A stretch of 64,000 nt of DNA from the NCBI GenBank assembly GCA_945929845.1, contig CAMEON010000002.1, positions 443 to 64,442 of the forward strand, written 5' to 3'. Each line of letters starts with the position of its first letter. Position 1 is the first letter of the stretch. The stretch is from an uncultured Clostridia bacterium (GTDB lineage: Bacteria > Bacillota > Clostridia > Oscillospirales > CAG-272). Of this stretch, positions 60,047-64,000 are shown piece by piece. The translations under genes and the position numbers were made by a program. The notes under the pieces were generated by a model. It was not told the origin of the DNA. It saw nothing but the letters and a program-made list of their open reading frames with translations, and searched no databases.

Positions 60047-60889
60047 TCACTTTACCTCCTTCTTGTACAGGTTGCACTCCGCTTCTCTGGCGTGCTGCTC
60101 GAAGTCCCGGTACATGGTGCTACGGGACATAGCCTCATCAAAGTCCACCTCAAAGCCGTCAAAGTCCGGGCCGTCCACGCAGGCGAACATGGTCTTCCCG
60201 CCCACGGTCAGCCGGCAACCGCCACACATACCGGTACCGTCGATCATAATGGGGTTCATGGAGACGACCGTCTTGATCCCGTAGGGCTTGGTGGTAGCGA
60301 CGACGAACTTCATCATGATCAGCGGGCCGATGGTGATGACCTCGTCATAGGTCTCCCCGGCCTCGATAGCCTCCTTCAGGGGCACAGTGACAACGCCCTG
60401 CCGCCCATAGGAACCGTCATCGGTCATGATGGTCAGCTTATCCGAGCAGGCGCGGAACTCATCCTCCAGGATCAGCAGATCCTTGGAGCGGAATCCGACG
60501 ATGGTATGCACTTCACAGCCCAGCTCATGGAGACGCTGTGCCACAGGCAGGGCGATGGCGCAACCCACGCCGCCGCCGACCACGCAGACCTTGCGCAGGC
60601 CTTCGGTCTCCGTAGGCTTTCCGAGAGGCCCGACGAAGTCCTGAATGGACTCGCCCTCCTCCTTGCGGCCCAGTGCGTCAGTGGTGGCACCCACCATCTG
60701 GAAGATGATCTTGACGGTGCCGGCCTCTGGGTCGGTTCCGGCAACGGTCAGGGGGATCCGCTCCCCTTCCTCGTCCACGCGCAGGATGATGAACTGACCG
60801 GCCAGTGCCTTCCTGGCAACCAGCGGGGCCTCAATGTCCATCATGACCACCGTTGGGTTGAGAACTTTCTTGTGAACAATTCGGTACAT
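60047..60889 (-). CDS. nfnA: NfnA-type FAD/[2Fe-2S] ferredoxin-NADP reductase-like subunit (dihydroorotate dehydrogenase electron-transfer-subunit fold)
   Basis: MYRIVHKKVLNPTVVMMDIEAPLVARKALAGQFIILRVDEEGERIPLT...VVGGGVGCA...GTGMCGGCRL...CVDGP. Confidence 0.8.
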   Translation of the reverse strand: MYRIVHKKVLNPTVVMMDIEAPLVARKALAGQFIILRVDEEGERIPLTVAGTDPEAGTVKIIFQMVGATTDALGRKEEGESIQDFVGPLGKPTETEGLRKVCVVGGGVGCAIALPVAQRLHELGCEVHTIVGFRSKDLLILEDEFRACSDKLTIMTDDGSYGRQGVVTVPLKEAIEAGETYDEVITIGPLIMMKFVVATTKPYGIKTVVSMNPIMIDGTGMCGGCRLTVGGKTMFACVDGPDFDGFEVDFDEAMSRSTMYRDFEQHAREAECNLYKKEVK

Positions 60890-60937
60890 GATGTTGATTC
60901 CTTTCTCTGATCTTTATGGAGTTATTCAACACCCTAT

Positions 60938-60966
60938 ATAATAGCATAAGTTCAATAAAAAATCAA
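60938..60966 (-). promoter_or_regulatory. Putative promoter TTGATT-17-TATTAT for nfnAB
   Basis: The minus strand reads TTGATTTTTTATTGAACTTATGCTATTAT, about 50 nt upstream of the nfnA ATG. Confidence 0.45.
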
Positions 60967-61006
60967 GAGTTTGCAGAAATTTTGACAAACTTCTGCGCAG
61001 GAAATA

Positions 61007-61254
61007 GTTACAGTTCAGGTAGGGTACGGGGGAACGCCTGGGGGCTTCTTGAAAGAAGCCCCCAGACCCCCAAGAACTTTCAAAACAGGTATTGTGAATG
61101 ATTCGGAGCGTTATTCTGTCATATATTTGCTGTCGTTTTCCCGGAGGAGCCAGCGTTACTGATACCCGAAATAGCAAAAACGCCTTCGCGGGGACCCCTC
61201 GCCCCGCTCTACGGTGGAAAAGGGAGCGAACTGCGGGGGCAGGTGAACCGTAAC
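61007..61254 (+). mobile_element. MITE-like element, full-length copy D (248 bp)
   Basis: gttacagttcaggtagggtacggggg ... ggcaggtgaaccgtaac. Hairpin at 61040-61063. Flanks AGGAAATA / AGGAAGTA. Confidence 0.6.
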
Positions 61255-61263
61255 AGGAAGTAG

Positions 61264-61291
61264 GTTACAGTTCAGGTGGGGGACAGGGGAT
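61264..61291 (+). repeat. Solo left terminus of the MITE-like family directly after copy D
   Basis: gttacagttcaggtgggggacaggggat matches the first ~28 nt of the left arm (compare gttacagttcaggcgggggacggggga in copy B). Confidence 0.55.
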
Positions 61292-61326
61292 GCGGCAGCA
61301 TGAATGGCGTGAAGCCCGGTTCTCCC

Positions 61327-62679
61327 TTACCGGTTGGCCAGCCGTTCCATCCAGCCGACCGTATACTCCGAGCCGGTGGCCACCAGATTATTGAGGAACA
61401 GCACGGTGTCCACACCCTGCTCCTCGACAAAGGTTTGGATGTTCCCCCGCCAGAAGCGGTAGTCCACCGCATACACATACTCGTAGGAGTCAGCCAGCAT
61501 GGGAATGAAGGCATTGCCGTAGGATTCCTTCATAATAAGGATAGATGATCCGTCATGCAGCTCCTCATTATGGGTCATATAGTAGGGATAGTCTCCGTTG
61601 ACAAAACAGCGGTACCGTTGGGAACTGCCAAACAGGGTCTCCGCATCCGGATCCACCAGCGGGCACTCCAGCACCTCCCCCTCCACGGTGGTGATGGTCA
61701 CATGATCCACCACCCGGGATGCGTAAGCAACGATGGTATCCGGGTTGCGGTACATGGCTTCACTGCGGGTATGCGTGTACAGAGAACCACGGAACTCGTG
61801 GATCTCGTACATATCATACTCCTCCAGGGCGGGGTACGGACGCCCCACCGTATCCAGCAGGACACGGCTGGCATAGTAAGCCCCCTTGGCCGTCCAGTGG
61901 TGATCGGTACGGAAGTATATGTACTCGTCATAATGCGCCCGCATGGTGTCGCAGATGTTCACTGTGATCGGAGGGCTGGTAATTCCCGCCTGCTGTCCGT
62001 AGGACTCAATGGCCCGGTACATGAAGTCGATGGCTTCCTCTCCATCGGAAACGCCGATCTTCTCCTGCACATCCTCCGTCAGTCCGAAGCAGTAGGACAG
62101 CGGCACCACCATGACATAGACCTGTGCCTTCCCATCCAGACGCTGGGCTGTGGTGGTGACCAGGCGGGCATACCGCAGGGACATATCCCGGCTGAAGCTG
62201 TACAGCTCATATCCCCGGTCTCCCACCACATAGTACTGATCCATGATCTCACCCACATCGCCATCGGGCAACTTGACCGTCTCTGTCTCTGTATCCGTGC
62301 TACCATGTTCACTTCCCGGCTCCTCCGGCGGGTCGGTTTCCCACACAAAGGTCTCCCCGGTGTCGATGACCTCCCCCACCTGATTGCCACTGCTGATGCT
62401 CTCGCCGCCGATGCCGTACAGGCTGCGTACAAGGTCATTCATCCGGAGCAGCTTTTCCCGTGCCGGGAAGGTATCGGAATACCACAGGCTGATCTGCTCG
62501 GTGTACTCACCGGACAGGAAGGAGGCAAGGGTAAAGTCAGGGAACTCTGTCAGGGTGCGCTTCTCCTCCTCGGATTCCGTAGGTCGCAAGGGCAGGATGA
62601 ATCCCCATACGCAGACGGCCACAAGCACGGCGGAAAACAGGATGACCTTCACCCAGGAAAAGAATTTCTGTGATTTCAT
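61327..62679 (-). CDS. DHHW family protein (AlgX/AlgJ-like SGNH-related partner of MBOAT O-acyltransferases)
   Basis: N-terminal TM, the YFRTDHHWTAKGAYYAS motif, located immediately downstream of the MBOAT gene. Confidence 0.8.
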   Translation of the reverse strand: MKSQKFFSWVKVILFSAVLVAVCVWGFILPLRPTESEEEKRTLTEFPDFTLASFLSGEYTEQISLWYSDTFPAREKLLRMNDLVRSLYGIGGESISSGNQVGEVIDTGETFVWETDPPEEPGSEHGSTDTETETVKLPDGDVGEIMDQYYVVGDRGYELYSFSRDMSLRYARLVTTTAQRLDGKAQVYVMVVPLSYCFGLTEDVQEKIGVSDGEEAIDFMYRAIESYGQQAGITSPPITVNICDTMRAHYDEYIYFRTDHHWTAKGAYYASRVLLDTVGRPYPALEEYDMYEIHEFRGSLYTHTRSEAMYRNPDTIVAYASRVVDHVTITTVEGEVLECPLVDPDAETLFGSSQRYRCFVNGDYPYYMTHNEELHDGSSILIMKESYGNAFIPMLADSYEYVYAVDYRFWRGNIQTFVEEQGVDTVLFLNNLVATGSEYTVGWMERLANR

Positions 62680-62694
62680 AGTCAGTCCTCCTTG

Positions 62695-63999
62695 TCAGAA
62701 GCGGAAGTACAGGAAGGGATTGTAGCTGTTTCCCACCAGTGCCAGCAGGGACAGCCCCACAAGCCCCACCGGGACGATCGCCGTCAGCGCATCATACACG
62801 CCCACAGCCGCACAGGAAAACGTACCGCTCTTCTCTTCCCTGCGGCGGGCAAAGAATTTTCCGATGGCCGGGCACAGGGGCGTACAGGCCAGGACGGATA
62901 CGGCCAGCAGGAAGATGTTGTTCAGGAACACCGTCCGGGCGGTCATGTCCAGGAAAGCATTGCCATTGAGGGTGAAAATACCCCGGCAGGCAGTGAACAG
63001 CATGGAAAGGTCCGTGTAGTAGAAGATCATCCAGCCAAAGCAGACCGCCACCAGCGTGCAGGCCGTCCGAAGGGCACGGAGGACACCGTGGGGTTGTTTC
63101 TTCAGCCGGAGCACATACTTCTCGAAGACCAGCAGGACGAAGTAGTACAGCCCCCACAGGACAAAATTCCAGCTTGCCCCGTGCCACAGCCCGGTCAGGA
63201 ACCAGACCACCAGCATATTGAAGATATGCCGCAGGGGGCGCACACGGTTGCCGCCCAGCGGTATGTACACATAGTCACGGAAGAAGGAGGACAGGGAGAT
63301 GTGCCACCGCCGCCAGAAATCCGTCACAGAGTCAGCCACATACGGGTAATTGAAATTCTCCCGGTAGTGGAAGCCCACCATCAGCCCCATGCCGATGGCC
63401 ATATCCGAGTAAGCGGAGAAGTCCAGGTAGATCTCCAGCATGTAGCACACCGCCGCCAACAGGATAGCCGCCCCGGAGGTTCCTGCCAGGGCGGCGCTCT
63501 CCGTGGGGATCAGGTCAGCCACCATGGCGGCACAGCCGTTGGCCAGCAGGGCTTTCTTGGCAAGTCCCACCGAAAAACGGGTCACGCCACGGCTGACATC
63601 CGACAGGGTACAGCGGCGGTTCAGGATCTCCTCATGGACATCGCTGTACCGGATGATGGGCCCGGCGATGCACTGGTGGAACAGGGCGGCGTACAAAAGG
63701 AGCAGGGCGTAATTTTTCTGCGCCGGCACCTCTCTCCGGTAGACATCCACCACATAGGAGATGAGCTGGAAGGTGTAAAAGGAAATTCCGATGGGCAGGG
63801 TGATCTGCGGGATGACCTCCGGGAAGCCCACCAGCGACCGGATATTCTCCAGGAGGAAGCCCGTATACTTGAACACAGCCAAAAGACCCAGGCTGATGAC
63901 CAGCGTCAGCACCAGCCACAGGCGGCGGTGCCGTTCTGTCCGTCCGATCATCCGTGCGCCGATGTAGCAGACCAGCGTCATACCCATCAGCAACAGCAC
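62695..63999 (-). CDS. MBOAT-family membrane O-acyltransferase (AlgI/DltB-like), 5' end outside the window
   Basis: FWRRWHISLSSFFRDYVYIPLGGNRV with the conserved His, multiple TM segments. The frame stays open to the window edge. Confidence 0.85.
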   Translation of the reverse strand: MLLLMGMTLVCYIGARMIGRTERHRRLWLVLTLVISLGLLAVFKYTGFLLENIRSLVGFPEVIPQITLPIGISFYTFQLISYVVDVYRREVPAQKNYALLLLYAALFHQCIAGPIIRYSDVHEEILNRRCTLSDVSRGVTRFSVGLAKKALLANGCAAMVADLIPTESAALAGTSGAAILLAAVCYMLEIYLDFSAYSDMAIGMGLMVGFHYRENFNYPYVADSVTDFWRRWHISLSSFFRDYVYIPLGGNRVRPLRHIFNMLVVWFLTGLWHGASWNFVLWGLYYFVLLVFEKYVLRLKKQPHGVLRALRTACTLVAVCFGWMIFYYTDLSMLFTACRGIFTLNGNAFLDMTARTVFLNNIFLLAVSVLACTPLCPAIGKFFARRREEKSGTFSCAAVGVYDALTAIVPVGLVGLSLLALVGNSYNPFLYFRF

Positions 64000-64000
64000 C

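Noticed and set aside
1-64000. Prophage, integrative element, toxin-antitoxin or known defence island
   Set aside because: No integrase, transposase, recombinase, capsid, terminase, restriction, Cas or toxin-like protein is recognisable among any ORF over 60 aa. The accessory signal in this window is the non-coding repeat family instead.

Overview
GC-rich (by eye roughly 55-60% G+C) chromosomal segment that looks like a Clostridia / Oscillospiraceae-type gut anaerobe. I can support 45 protein-coding genes (two cut by the window edges), two solitary tRNA genes (Leu-TAG, Lys-TTT), about ten near-consensus sigma-A promoters, about ten intrinsic terminators and several repeat classes. No rRNA, CRISPR array, transposase, integrase or recognisable phage or defence genes were seen. 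Gene content is mainly housekeeping: class III ribonucleotide reductase nrdG/nrdD plus a trxB-like gene, aconitase plus icd, pfkA, cinA, mscS, nfnAB, pduL, and cell-envelope genes (GT2, GT4, Wzz/BY-kinase, MOP flippase, MBOAT plus DHHW). These are interleaved with secreted glycoside-hydrolase-like lipoproteins and BspA-type leucine-rich-repeat surface proteins, one of them coupled to an ECF-type sigma factor. Most worth a second look: (1) an apparently undescribed ~248-bp MITE-like element family with GTTACAGTTCA terminal inverted repeats (3 full copies, 2 short derivatives, further fragments). It has an internal hairpin that covaries between copies. In every copy with an intact left end, that end sits exactly 40 bp (once 50 bp) from the -35 hexamer of an outward-reading near-consensus promoter. 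(2) An nrdD carrying a C-terminal CPNC thioredoxin-fold domain, followed by a TrxB-like flavoprotein that lacks the HRRxxxR NADPH motif and preceded by three phased NrdR-box-like sites. (3) A tightly coupled NifU-like / GGGtGRT gene pair of unknown function. (4) A sigma / LRR anti-sigma-like / LRR lipoprotein module. (5) Helically phased 10-bp and 7-bp tandem repeats at gene ends. All family assignments come from motif recognition in the supplied translations; no database search was run.
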